Positions 49,607 through 58,836 of a stretch of 64,000 bases of DNA are shown here, piece by piece (position 1 is the stretch's first letter; every line of letters begins with the position of its first letter). The stretch is from an uncultured Bacilli bacterium (GTDB lineage Bacteria; Bacillota_I; Bacilli_A; RF39; UBA660). The position numbers and the translations under genes were made by a program. Below the pieces are notes generated by a model. That model was not told where the DNA came from and did not search any database. It saw nothing but the letters and a program-made list of their open reading frames with translations. The stretch spans positions 309 through 64,308 of the forward strand of contig CANPYM010000022.1 in the NCBI GenBank assembly GCA_947588685.1, in the 5' to 3' direction.

Positions 49607-50098
49607 TTATGCAAAATCAGATAACTTTTTACATTGATAAATTTCCCTATTCTCTAAATCATATAAATCCATTAAATCTTGTTGCGATCCATATACTCTA
49701 ATATCATACATTTTAGAATCAAGTAAAGCAGTATATCCATAAGTCCAACTACCATTTTTAAATCTAGTATGATATCCTACAACTTTATATTCACCATTAA
49801 TACTCGATTTAGTAGCACTATCTAAATCATATATTTTGAAGGTATTATCACTAGCATTAAAAGAAATAGTTTCATTACTATCGCATTCCCATTCACCATC
49901 TAGATATTTGGCCGTTTTTTTCAATTGTGTAAATAATAATACCATGCCAACAACAATTAAAATAACAAAAACTAAAATCGGTATTACAATAAATGGCCAT
50001 ATTCTTTTTTTCTTAACTTGATTATTACCATAATAATTAGGATAATAATTAGACTGATATTGATTGGGATACATATTATAATTCACATTTTGATTCAT
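49607..50098 (-). CDS. Single-TM hypothetical protein (N/Y/Q-rich cytoplasmic N-terminus, beta-rich outer domain)
   Basis: 163-aa ORF, SD GAGGT; TM IWPFIVIPILVFVILIVVGMVLLF. Confidence 0.75.
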   Translation of the reverse strand: MNQNVNYNMYPNQYQSNYYPNYYGNNQVKKKRIWPFIVIPILVFVILIVVGMVLLFTQLKKTAKYLDGEWECDSNETISFNASDNTFKIYDLDSATKSSINGEYKVVGYHTRFKNGSWTYGYTALLDSKMYDIRVYGSQQDLMDLYDLENREIYQCKKLSDFA

Positions 50099-50144
50099 AC
50101 TTCTTTTAACCTTACCTCTCTTTTACATTATAGCAAAAGTTATG

Positions 50145-52367
50145 TTAAAAAGCACTATCCCTAGCATCGTCTTTTAAAAGATCGAGCATATCGCTTTTAC
50201 GTGTTTGTTCAAAATTACTATGAACACTCATTTCAAAAGCATCTGCATCACCGATGATAATTAATTTTTTCTTAGCTCTCGTAATACCTGTATATACGAG
50301 TTTACGATATAACATTCTATGATAACTATGGGTAATTGTCATAACGACAATATCAAACTCACTCCCCTGGGCTTTATGAATACTTATAATAAAACCATGC
50401 GTAATATTATTTAAATCTTTTACTTGATAATTAACTAAATTACCTTCAAAATCAATAACAACTTCGACTTTACCTGATTTAGTTTGGACACCACTTTTGA
50501 TAGCTGTAATAATTCCAATATCACCATTATAAACATTATTATCAGGATCATTTACTAATTGTAAAACTTTATCACCTTCACGATATGTAATATCGCCATA
50601 TTTAATCTCTTTTTTATCAGAAGATGGAGGATTAAATATCTTTTGTAACACTTTATTTAAATTATCAATTCCATTAACTCCCGCATACATTGGGGCCATA
50701 ACTTGAAATTGTTTATACTCTTTACCGGTCTCGACAATCATTTGACAAACTTCTTGTAATTTTTTGATTATATTACTTTCAGTACACTTTATAAAAGCAT
50801 AATCATCTTTTTTCTCTAAGAAATTTCCTAAATTGTCTGTCCTAATTTCATCAGCTAAAATAGGAATATAACTGTTTTCTTCTTGCCGATATAAAATGTC
50901 AAGGTGAATAGTGTCAACAATTTCACTATCAATTAAATCTTTAAGAAGGGTTCCGGGCCCAACACTTGGTAATTGATTATAATCCCCTACTAGAACAATC
51001 TTAATATTATTAGTAAGGCCTCGAAGTAAATTATCCATAAGAGGGATATCTATCATACTAACCTCATCAATAATAATGAGATTGCTAAAGTCAGGATTAT
51101 ATTCATTAATAGTAAAAAGATTATCTTCTTTATTCCACTTTAAGAAGCGATGAATCGTACTTGCTGGCATTAACGTAGCTTCACTTAATCTTTTACTAGC
51201 ACGACCTGTTGGCGCAAGTAAGGCAACTTCCTCACATAATTCTTTTTGCGAATAATTATTTAAAACTTTGTATAAATCAACAATAGCTTTAATAATCATA
51301 GTCTTTCCTGTTCCTGGGCCACCCGTAATAATGGTTATATTGTTTTCCATAGATGATCTAATAGCTAATAATTGCTTATCATTATATTTAATTCCGCTAG
51401 AAGTTTCTAACTCACTAATTAAACCATCCAAATTAGAATACTTACTTTTTTGTTTATGAACTAAATAATTGATTTTATAGACAATATTATTCATAGCTGT
51501 ATATATATCTTCTAAATAATATTTATTATCTTTTATTTCTATTTTTAATTCTTGTTTTAGCTCATTTAATAATTCATTAAAATAATTATCGTCAACACTA
51601 AACCCTAAATATTTAGATGTATAGTTATAAATATCTTCTAAATATAAGTATGTATCACCAGTTTTAAAAGTTAAGTCTTTCATAACATAATAAATACAAG
51701 CTTTGATCCTTTCAATGGAATCATATTCATCATGCATAGCGCACGCAATCCGGTCAACCTTAACAAAGCTTAATTCTTCAATATCATCAATAAGACTATA
51801 TATATTATGCTCAATAACATTTATGGTATTACCTTTATAGGTATTATAAATAAGAAGAGCATCACGCATCGTAAATCCTAACTCTGTAAGATAGACAATC
51901 ATCTTATGACTTTCTTCATATTTAACTAGAGTATTATAAATCAGTTTAGCTTTTTTAGCACTTAGTTTAGGCACAAGCATTAATACACTTTCATCTTCTA
52001 GAATACGGTCTAATGCTTTATCACCTAAAGTATCAACAATTTGGCTAGCCATTTTCTCACCAATACCTGGGAATAAATCGCTTGATAAAAACTCGACAAT
52101 CCCATCTTTATCTTCTGGTTTAACGCGTTCATATTCTTTAACATTAAACTGAAAACCATATTTAGGATGAATTGTTTCTTCGCCTTTAAAATAATAGTTT
52201 TCATTTTCATTTAATTCGTGAAAATAGCCTGTGATGGTTATGGTTTTATTGACATAATCTTTCATTGATTCCATATCCGTACTTTTAATCTTAAAAAGGC
52301 CAATTATATAACCTTTATCAGATGCGAAAATTTTTTGTCTAAAACTACCCATTATATAATTTTCCAT
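50145..52367 (-). CDS. recD2: ATP-dependent RecD2-like DNA helicase
   Basis: GYFH...HPKYGFQF, PGIG, TGGPGTGKT, LAPTGRASKRL, IDEVSM, GDYNQLPSVGPG, SIHKAQGSE and YTGITRAK; start ATG 52367. Confidence 0.96.
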   Translation of the reverse strand: MENYIMGSFRQKIFASDKGYIIGLFKIKSTDMESMKDYVNKTITITGYFHELNENENYYFKGEETIHPKYGFQFNVKEYERVKPEDKDGIVEFLSSDLFPGIGEKMASQIVDTLGDKALDRILEDESVLMLVPKLSAKKAKLIYNTLVKYEESHKMIVYLTELGFTMRDALLIYNTYKGNTINVIEHNIYSLIDDIEELSFVKVDRIACAMHDEYDSIERIKACIYYVMKDLTFKTGDTYLYLEDIYNYTSKYLGFSVDDNYFNELLNELKQELKIEIKDNKYYLEDIYTAMNNIVYKINYLVHKQKSKYSNLDGLISELETSSGIKYNDKQLLAIRSSMENNITIITGGPGTGKTMIIKAIVDLYKVLNNYSQKELCEEVALLAPTGRASKRLSEATLMPASTIHRFLKWNKEDNLFTINEYNPDFSNLIIIDEVSMIDIPLMDNLLRGLTNNIKIVLVGDYNQLPSVGPGTLLKDLIDSEIVDTIHLDILYRQEENSYIPILADEIRTDNLGNFLEKKDDYAFIKCTESNIIKKLQEVCQMIVETGKEYKQFQVMAPMYAGVNGIDNLNKVLQKIFNPPSSDKKEIKYGDITYREGDKVLQLVNDPDNNVYNGDIGIITAIKSGVQTKSGKVEVVIDFEGNLVNYQVKDLNNITHGFIISIHKAQGSEFDIVVMTITHSYHRMLYRKLVYTGITRAKKKLIIIGDADAFEMSVHSNFEQTRKSDMLDLLKDDARDSAF

Positions 52368-52383
52368 TTTAATCACCACACCC

Positions 52384-52413
52384 ATTATAGCATACGAACA
52401 AATGTTTTTGCAA
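52384..52413 (-). promoter_or_regulatory. SigA promoter of recD2
   Basis: TTGCAA-18 nt-TATAAT with TG extended -10 on the minus strand. Confidence 0.7.
52395..52408. promoter_or_regulatory. LexA (SOS/Cheo) box-like site
   Basis: CGAACAAATGTTTT versus Bacillus consensus CGAACRNRYGTTYC; lies in the recD2 promoter spacer. Confidence 0.6.
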
Positions 52414-52439
52414 TAATTTTATCATAATCGACATATACT
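52411..52439 (+). promoter_or_regulatory. SigE/SigK-type promoter of sigK
   Basis: CAATAAT-14 nt-CATATACT, matching the SigE spacing and consensus (ATA..N14..CATAnAnT). Confidence 0.6.
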
Positions 52440-52456
52440 TCGTTAGGAAGTGATTT

Positions 52457-53149
52457 ATGTTTAAACTTTTAAAGTGGCTATTCAAAGATTTCCATCTTTT
52501 TTGTGCAGCCTACTCCAATAATGTTTTCCCTGATCCGCTATCAAAGGAAGAAGAAGAAGACCTTTTAGAGAAAATGAAAAACGGCGATACGAATGCCCGC
52601 AACACTTTAATTGAACACAACCTGCGTTTAGTTGCCCACATTGTTAAAAAATACGATAATAAAAATGAAGATATCGATGATCTTATCAGTATTGGAACCA
52701 TTGGTCTTATTAAAGGTATTGACTCTTTTAATACGAAACATAACGCTAAGCTCACAACCTACATTGCTAAATGTATTGAAAATGAAATTCTTATGTATTA
52801 TCGTTCAAATAAGCGTAACAACCGCAATATTAGTCTTAATGAAGCTATTGGTTATGATAAAGAAGGCGATGAAATTACCCTTCTCGATATTTTAAAAACA
52901 CCTAATCCCGATTTTGCCCTTGATATTCATAACCAAAATAATATTAAATTATTAGATAAATACTTTAAAGTTTTAACAACAAGGGAAAAAGAAATAATTA
53001 CTAAAAGGTATGGTTTAAATGATGAAGATAAAATGACGCAAAAAGAAATTGCTAAAATGTTTAACATCTCTCGTAGTTATGTATCAAGAATTGAAAAAAG
53101 AGCTTTAACGAAAATGTTAAAAGAATATATTAAAAACAAAGATAATTAA
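52457..53149 (+). CDS. sigK: Sporulation sigma factor pro-SigK, uninterrupted
   Basis: Pro-sequence then YSNNVFPDPLS, NTLIEHNLRLVAHIVKKY, DLISIGTIGLIKGIDSF, ENEILM and ISRSYVSRIEKRAL. Confidence 0.93.
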   Translation: MFKLLKWLFKDFHLFCAAYSNNVFPDPLSKEEEEDLLEKMKNGDTNARNTLIEHNLRLVAHIVKKYDNKNEDIDDLISIGTIGLIKGIDSFNTKHNAKLTTYIAKCIENEILMYYRSNKRNNRNISLNEAIGYDKEGDEITLLDILKTPNPDFALDIHNQNNIKLLDKYFKVLTTREKEIITKRYGLNDEDKMTQKEIAKMFNISRSYVSRIEKRALTKMLKEYIKNKDN

Positions 53150-53170
53150 AAGGGATATTTAATCCCTTTT
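53148..53170. terminator. Bidirectional terminator between sigK and PFOR
   Basis: AAAAGGGAT-attta-ATCCCTTTT. Confidence 0.85.
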
Positions 53171-56100
53171 TTGTTGCTCTTTATCTAATTTTTCATAGTA
53201 ATTAAACGTTTTAATGGCGTTATCTTTATTAGCCTCTAATAGTTCACTTGCTTTATTAGGATTGATAACTTTTAACATATTGAATCTTGTTTGACTATTT
53301 AAAAACTCTTCATATAAATCAAAGTCAACATTCTTGCTATCAAGCGTGAAACCTGTTTCCGGATGCCTTCTAAAAGTTAGGAAATAACCCGAATTAGTAG
53401 CTAATTTTTCCATATCAACGCTATGTTCCATACCACCTTTAATACCGTGTGAAATACATGGCGTATAGGCAATTATAATAGCTGGTCCATTATATTCATT
53501 AGCTTCTTTAAAGGCTTTAACAACTTGCATTGGATTAGCTCCTAAAGATACTTGCGCTACATAGACATGTGGATAAGCCATCGCAATACGAGCTAAATCT
53601 TTTTTGTTTGTTTTCTTACCGGTTGATGCGAATGATGCAATAGCGCCTTTGGGACTAGCTTTAGATGATTGGCCACCCGTATTAGAATATACTTGACTAT
53701 CTAAAACTAAAATTTTGATATTATCTGAACTTGCAAGGACATGGTCAATACCACTAAAGCCGATATCATAAGCCCATCCATCCCCACCGATACACCAAAT
53801 ATTACGAGTGGTTATATAATCTTTCAATTCTAATAATTCTTGTGGTAGATTATCGGTTAGATTGTCATAAACTTCTTTAGTATTTTCATAACTTTCAGGA
53901 TTGTCTAACCATTTTTTAAATAAGGCACTATTTTCATTATCCATATTTTGTTCCATCAAGCTAGCAATACGCTTCCGCATAATATTATTAGCAACAAGCA
54001 TACCATAACCATATTCAGCATTATCTTCAAATAAACTACTAGCCCAAGGAACAGCATAAGGAGTTGAAGGCGCACTACCACCATAGATTGATGAACAGCC
54101 AGTCGCATTAGCAATAATCAAGTGTTCACCAAATAATTGGGTTAATAGCTTAATATAAGCTGGTTCCCCACATCCGGCACAAGCCCCTGAAAAGGCAAAT
54201 TTAGGCTTAACAAATTGACTATTTTTCGTCGTATAAATATTATCAATTGACTTTGGCTTAATGTTATTATCTAGATATTCAAATATATCTTGTTCTTTAG
54301 GATTTATCTTATCCATAATAAGAGCTTTATTAGAACGCATACCTGGACAATTATTAACACATACCCCACAACCAGTACAATTAGCTACACATACACTAAC
54401 AATATAATAATAATTCATACCGATAGCTTTAACGCATCGCTTTTGAATCTCTTCTGGAGCCTGCTTATACTCTTCTTCATCTAATAAGAAAGGTCTAATC
54501 ACACCATGTGGACAATATAAAGAACATTGATTACAATTAGAACAATTTTCTTTAATCCATGATGGCGTTAAAGAAGTTATATATCTTTTCTCCGTAGCAC
54601 TTGTTCCACTTTCAAAAGCACCATCAGCCCGATTAACAAAATCAGATGTCTTTAAAGTATCACCTTTACGTTTCATAATCGTTTTAACAAGTGATAATGC
54701 TTCATCGTTAGAAGTAGCATCATAAGAACTGATAGTTACTGGCAATAGATTTTCACTAACTAAAGTAATAGCTTCATAATTAGCTTTAACAACACTATCA
54801 CCCTTACGAGCAAATTTCTTATCAATGCCATCTTTCATTTTATCTAAAGCGACATCATAAGGTAAAATATCCGTTAGTCGCATAATAGCACTTTCCATAA
54901 TGGTACTAATTTTACCCTTTAATCCTACTTGATCAGCTAAATCATAAGCATTAATCAAATATACTTTAGCTTTATTATCAATAAATAATTTTCTTAAATG
55001 ATGGTTTAACATTGCATCAACTTCATCAGTACTATGAATCGAATTGATAATGACTTTAGCACCTTCATCTAAATCCTCTAATAAATCGTATTCCTCTAAA
55101 TAACTATCTTTAGAAATAACAACTAATGATGGTTTAGAAACATAATAAGCCGAATGAATAGGATTAGGACTAAAGCGTAAATGACTGCATGTAACACCGC
55201 CACTTTTTTTCGAATCATATTGGAAATATCCTTGAACATAATCATCGGTATTATCGCCAATTAGTTTAATAATTGATTTAGAAGCACTAACCATACCATC
55301 ACTACCATAACCATATAATAGCCATTCACTACTTTTTTCTGTTTCAATTGGGATAGGTTTTAGACTTAAATTAGTTACATCATCAACAATACCAATTGTA
55401 AAATTATTAACAGGATTATCTAGCATATGATATACGGCATTGATATCAGCTGGGGTTGTATTTTTACTTGATAATCCATAACGACCACCAACAATGTTTA
55501 TATCTTTTCCTTTTAAGGCATTAACAATATCTAGATATAGTGGTTCACCATTACTACCTGCTTCTTTTGTTCGATCTAAAACAGCGATATTCTTAACCGT
55601 CTTTGGTAAAACATTTAGTAAGTATTTAGTACTAAATGGGCGATATAAATGAACTTCGATAAGGCCTAGATCATTATTATCTTTAATAACTTCTTTAATT
55701 GTTTCACAAACAGATCCCATCGCTACAATAACCTTGGTAGCATTAATTCCGCCATAATAGTTAAATGGCTTATAAGAAGTTCCTGCTTTAGCATTAATTT
55801 TTTCCATATAATCACTAACGATATCAGGTAAGGCATCATAATACTTATTTCGGGCTTCTGTTACTTGAAAGTAAATATCTTCATTTTGAGCTGTTCCATA
55901 AGTTAGTGGGTGATGCGGATTTAAAGCTCGATTACGGAATTTATTTAAAGCATCATAGTCTAACATATCAGCATAATCAGAAGCTTGTAAGACATCTATC
56001 TTTTGAATCTCATGACTTGTTCTAAAGCCATCAAAGAAATGCATAAAAGGTAGACTTGCTTTAATACTTGATAAGTGGGCAACCGCACTTAAATAAGCAG

Positions 56101-56539
56101 CATCTTGAACAGATGAAGAAGCTAACATAGCAAAACCTGTTGCCCGGCATGCATATATATCTTGATGATCGCCAAAAATACTTAGAGCATGCGTCGATAG
56201 ACTTCTTGCTGCTACATGGATAACACAAGGTAACATTTCCCCAGCTATTTTATACATATTAGGAATCATTAAAAGAAGACCTTGACTAGCCGTAAATGTC
56301 GTCGTTAAACATCCGGCCTTTAAAGAGCCATGAACAAATCCTGCTGCTCCGGCTTCACTTTGCATCTCAACGACTTTGACATGACTATTGAAAAGATTTA
56401 ATCTTTGATCACTCATCTCATCAACATGTTCAGCCATCGGACTAGATGGTGTTATAGGGTAAATACCAGCTACTTCTGTAAACATATATGCAGTATAACT
56501 GCAGGCTTCATTACCATCAACTGTCATTTTCTTTTTCAT
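53159..56539 (-). CDS. nifJ: Pyruvate:ferredoxin (flavodoxin) oxidoreductase
   Basis: YPITPSS, EMQSEAGAAG, TASQGLLL, FDGFRTSHE, GGRYGL, two 4Fe-4S motifs, FSGACAGCGE, NATGCSSIYGG and GGDGWAYDIG (TPP). Confidence 0.97.
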   Translation of the reverse strand: MKKKMTVDGNEACSYTAYMFTEVAGIYPITPSSPMAEHVDEMSDQRLNLFNSHVKVVEMQSEAGAAGFVHGSLKAGCLTTTFTASQGLLLMIPNMYKIAGEMLPCVIHVAARSLSTHALSIFGDHQDIYACRATGFAMLASSSVQDAAYLSAVAHLSSIKASLPFMHFFDGFRTSHEIQKIDVLQASDYADMLDYDALNKFRNRALNPHHPLTYGTAQNEDIYFQVTEARNKYYDALPDIVSDYMEKINAKAGTSYKPFNYYGGINATKVIVAMGSVCETIKEVIKDNNDLGLIEVHLYRPFSTKYLLNVLPKTVKNIAVLDRTKEAGSNGEPLYLDIVNALKGKDINIVGGRYGLSSKNTTPADINAVYHMLDNPVNNFTIGIVDDVTNLSLKPIPIETEKSSEWLLYGYGSDGMVSASKSIIKLIGDNTDDYVQGYFQYDSKKSGGVTCSHLRFSPNPIHSAYYVSKPSLVVISKDSYLEEYDLLEDLDEGAKVIINSIHSTDEVDAMLNHHLRKLFIDNKAKVYLINAYDLADQVGLKGKISTIMESAIMRLTDILPYDVALDKMKDGIDKKFARKGDSVVKANYEAITLVSENLLPVTISSYDATSNDEALSLVKTIMKRKGDTLKTSDFVNRADGAFESGTSATEKRYITSLTPSWIKENCSNCNQCSLYCPHGVIRPFLLDEEEYKQAPEEIQKRCVKAIGMNYYYIVSVCVANCTGCGVCVNNCPGMRSNKALIMDKINPKEQDIFEYLDNNIKPKSIDNIYTTKNSQFVKPKFAFSGACAGCGEPAYIKLLTQLFGEHLIIANATGCSSIYGGSAPSTPYAVPWASSLFEDNAEYGYGMLVANNIMRKRIASLMEQNMDNENSALFKKWLDNPESYENTKEVYDNLTDNLPQELLELKDYITTRNIWCIGGDGWAYDIGFSGIDHVLASSDNIKILVLDSQVYSNTGGQSSKASPKGAIASFASTGKKTNKKDLARIAMAYPHVYVAQVSLGANPMQVVKAFKEANEYNGPAIIIAYTPCISHGIKGGMEHSVDMEKLATNSGYFLTFRRHPETGFTLDSKNVDFDLYEEFLNSQTRFNMLKVINPNKASELLEANKDNAIKTFNYYEKLDKEQQKRD

Positions 56540-56570
56540 GTTATCACCACATCAATTATAACATAACATA

Positions 56571-56604
56571 AAAAAAAGTAGTAGTTTAGATTGCAACTAC
56601 TACT
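56571..56604 (-). terminator. Terminator at the end of the T7SS locus
   Basis: AGTAGTAGTT-8 nt-AACTACTACT plus T run on the minus strand, overlapping the DUF4176 stop. Confidence 0.8.
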
Positions 56605-57542
56605 CCATTTTCATCAAACTTATAGTTAGCTAATGTTGTTTTTTTTTCCTTACGAGCTGTATTATCAGCTATAACAACGCCATTTTCATCAAATTCTATG
56701 TCTTTCAATATATCCCAATTACTTGGCTCTAACTCTGTTGACTCTCTTTTTTTATCATAAAAAGTTAAAAAGGGGTTTTTAACGGATAGCTTATCAGCTA
56801 TAACAACGCCATCTTCATCAAATTCATAATTAGAAGATGATGATGAATCCGCCGTTTCATCAGATATAACGATGCCGTCCTCATTAAATTTATATTTTGA
56901 ACTAGTTGGTGTTGATGAAGTTGCTGTACCATCAACTATAACAACGCCATTTTCATCAAACTTATATTTTGCAACAGTTTGTGATTGTGGTGCTGCAGAA
57001 CTATCAGATGTAACAACACCGTTTTCATCAAATTCATAATCTGATTTAGCTTGTAATTTAGTTGTAATTGTGCCGTCAGCTATAACAACGCCATTTTCAT
57101 CAAACTTATATTGGCCATTTGGTCTAACTTCAGCAGGTGCTGTGTTATCAACTATGACAACACCATTTTCATCAAATTTATAATTACTATCAGGTTTAAC
57201 TTCAGTAGATGCTGTATTATCAGCTACGACAACGCCATTTTCATCAAACTTATATTGGCCGCTTGTTCTAGTTTCAGTAGGTGCCGTATTATCAGCTACA
57301 ACAACACCGTTTTCATCAAACTTATATTGGCCGCTTGGTCTAGTTTCAGTAGGTGCCGTATTATCAGCTACAACAACGCCATTTTCGTCAAACTTATATT
57401 GGCCGCTTGGTCTAACTTCAGCAGATGCCGTATTATCAACTACGACAACACCGTTTTCATCAAATTTATATTTACTATCAGGTTTAACCTCAGTCAATGT
57501 CGTGCCATCAAAGACAACAACACCATTAGCGTCAAATTTGTA
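56586..57542 (-). repeat. Coding tandem repeat: 72-bp/24-aa period for units 1-10, irregular for 11-13
   Basis: Tyr codons start at 57542, 57470, 57398, 57326 and so on; units 3 and 4 differ at 4 of 72 nt. Confidence 0.95.
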
Positions 57543-57875
57543 ATTATTAGACTCTTCAACTCTAACCACTTCTTTTTTAACTGGTTTTTCTTGTTCTTTT
57601 GTAACTAAAGGTTTACCTGTTTTTAATAAACTAGTGTTTAGTTTTTTATATTCATCATTTTTATAGCCATCAAATATTACTTTTTTAACTGTTGCATGGT
57701 CAAAATGTAATGTATCATCTAAAGAACTAAGGCCATCTGGATATTTAACACCAACATAATTGCAATCAGTACTATTCTCTTGCTCTTGTAAATATCCAAT
57801 TATCATAATATCATCTTTATTATTTTTTATTGAACATATCGTTCCAATTGGTAGATATTTTCGACCCTTTGCCAT
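56586..57875 (-). CDS. DUF4176-domain protein with 13 YKFDENGVV repeats
   Basis: N-terminal YLPIGTICSIK....IMIIG....NYVGVKYPDG...FDHATVKKVIFDGY is the DUF4176 pattern; the C-terminal two-thirds is a repeat array. Confidence 0.85.
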   Translation of the reverse strand: MAKGRKYLPIGTICSIKNNKDDIMIIGYLQEQENSTDCNYVGVKYPDGLSSLDDTLHFDHATVKKVIFDGYKNDEYKKLNTSLLKTGKPLVTKEQEKPVKKEVVRVEESNNYKFDANGVVVFDGTTLTEVKPDSKYKFDENGVVVVDNTASAEVRPSGQYKFDENGVVVADNTAPTETRPSGQYKFDENGVVVADNTAPTETRTSGQYKFDENGVVVADNTASTEVKPDSNYKFDENGVVIVDNTAPAEVRPNGQYKFDENGVVIADGTITTKLQAKSDYEFDENGVVTSDSSAAPQSQTVAKYKFDENGVVIVDGTATSSTPTSSKYKFNEDGIVISDETADSSSSSNYEFDEDGVVIADKLSVKNPFLTFYDKKRESTELEPSNWDILKDIEFDENGVVIADNTARKEKKTTLANYKFDENGVVVAI

Positions 57876-57894
57876 ATATAAATCACACCCTTTT

Positions 57895-58206
57895 CTATTT
57901 TATAATTTCTCTTTGCTTTTCCACGGAATTAGTTGGCAATAAGCTGACACCGCCCGATAACTCATTTTCTACAGCGTTACATAAATTAATACTTTTATTT
58001 ATCCAACTACTCATATCAGATAACTCATTGTATATTTCATTAATTCTTTTAGTAAATTCATTATAACGAGAACGATACGAAAAGTCTGATGGGGCATATA
58101 GTCTTTGAGCTATACCCCTAGCATATCCTACATATGTTTTAGAACTATCAACACTAGATAAAACTACAGTTTCTAAAGAACTTCTATTTACAACTAATTT
58201 TGTCAT
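57895..58206 (-). CDS. WXG100-like helical hairpin protein (no canonical WXG)
   Basis: 103 aa, helix-turn(APSDFSY)-helix, SD AGGAG; last of the six-gene array. Confidence 0.6.
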   Translation of the reverse strand: MTKLVVNRSSLETVVLSSVDSSKTYVGYARGIAQRLYAPSDFSYRSRYNEFTKRINEIYNELSDMSSWINKSINLCNAVENELSGGVSLLPTNSVEKQREIIK

Positions 58207-58207
58207 A

Positions 58208-58495
58208 CTATCTCCTTACCTGATTTACGATTTCATCATAAGCATTCGCACAATTGATAAGATATTCTCCATACTTATACAAATCTTTAGCAAAATTCAT
58301 ATAAGTTGGCTTATTCCCTAGCACTGCTGCCGAATATTTTTCAGCAGTAGGTCCAACCCACTCTCGTGTTTCTGTAGGAATTTTTTCAAAACGTGTAAAC
58401 ATTTCGTTATATGTTAGCTTTAGCTCTTCAACTAGCTTTAGTATATCATCGCCACATTCACGAATTCTTTTAGTATCTACTTTTATCTCTTCCAT
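58208..58495 (-). CDS. WXG100-family protein
   Basis: 95 aa; IKVDT N-terminus, central WVG motif and C-terminal helix ..ANAYDE; SD AGGAGG. Confidence 0.85.
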   Translation of the reverse strand: MEEIKVDTKRIRECGDDILKLVEELKLTYNEMFTRFEKIPTETREWVGPTAEKYSAAVLGNKPTYMNFAKDLYKYGEYLINCANAYDEIVNQVRR

Positions 58496-58505
58496 ACGTC
58501 CTCCT

Positions 58506-58534
58506 AAAAAGAAAGACTAGCTGACTAGCTAATC
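58506..58534 (-). terminator. Internal terminator in the WXG100 array
   Basis: GATTAGCT-agtc-AGCTAGTC (one G-U) followed by TTTCTTTTT on the minus strand, between the 4th and 5th small genes. Confidence 0.75.
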
Positions 58535-58546
58535 CTCATAATTAAT

Positions 58547-58831
58547 CTACATCACGCTATTTATAGCTTTCTTAACATTAGAAATCTTTTGATTTATACT
58601 AGGAATACAAGTGTTTTGAAGAAAGTCTCTTTCAGCAACTAATCGATTATAAATAGAGTTAATCTTTCCTTCATCAGCTTTCGAATCATCTAAAGAGAAA
58701 CTACTATCGACTTTATCTTTTGACGATTCTAGAAGAGAAATAGCATTATTTAAATAACCGATCATTCGATAAATTTCATTCTTAAAATACTCATAATTTC
58801 CTTTATCGCGTATTAAATCTGATGTTTCCAT
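58547..58831 (-). CDS. WXG100-like small helical protein (Lap/YwqH-like candidate)
   Basis: 94 aa, two long amphipathic helices around FSLDD; 5 nt from the upstream stop. Confidence 0.55.
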   Translation of the reverse strand: METSDLIRDKGNYEYFKNEIYRMIGYLNNAISLLESSKDKVDSSFSLDDSKADEGKINSIYNRLVAERDFLQNTCIPSINQKISNVKKAINSVM

Positions 58832-58836
58832 TTATT

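Noticed and set aside
52457-53149. skin-type interruption or recombination site in sigK
   Set aside because: The ORF is continuous through all sigma regions and there is no recombinase nearby
56586-57542. Regularly spaced repeats as a possible CRISPR array
   Set aside because: The period is a multiple of 3 inside an open frame, repeats diverge at synonymous sites, the intervening parts resemble each other, and no cas genes are present
57111-57608. 165-aa plus-strand ORF with repeated Cys-Cys/Ile-Ile motifs
   Set aside because: Antisense shadow of the 72-bp coding repeat; the minus-strand frame has the DUF4176 domain and an SD
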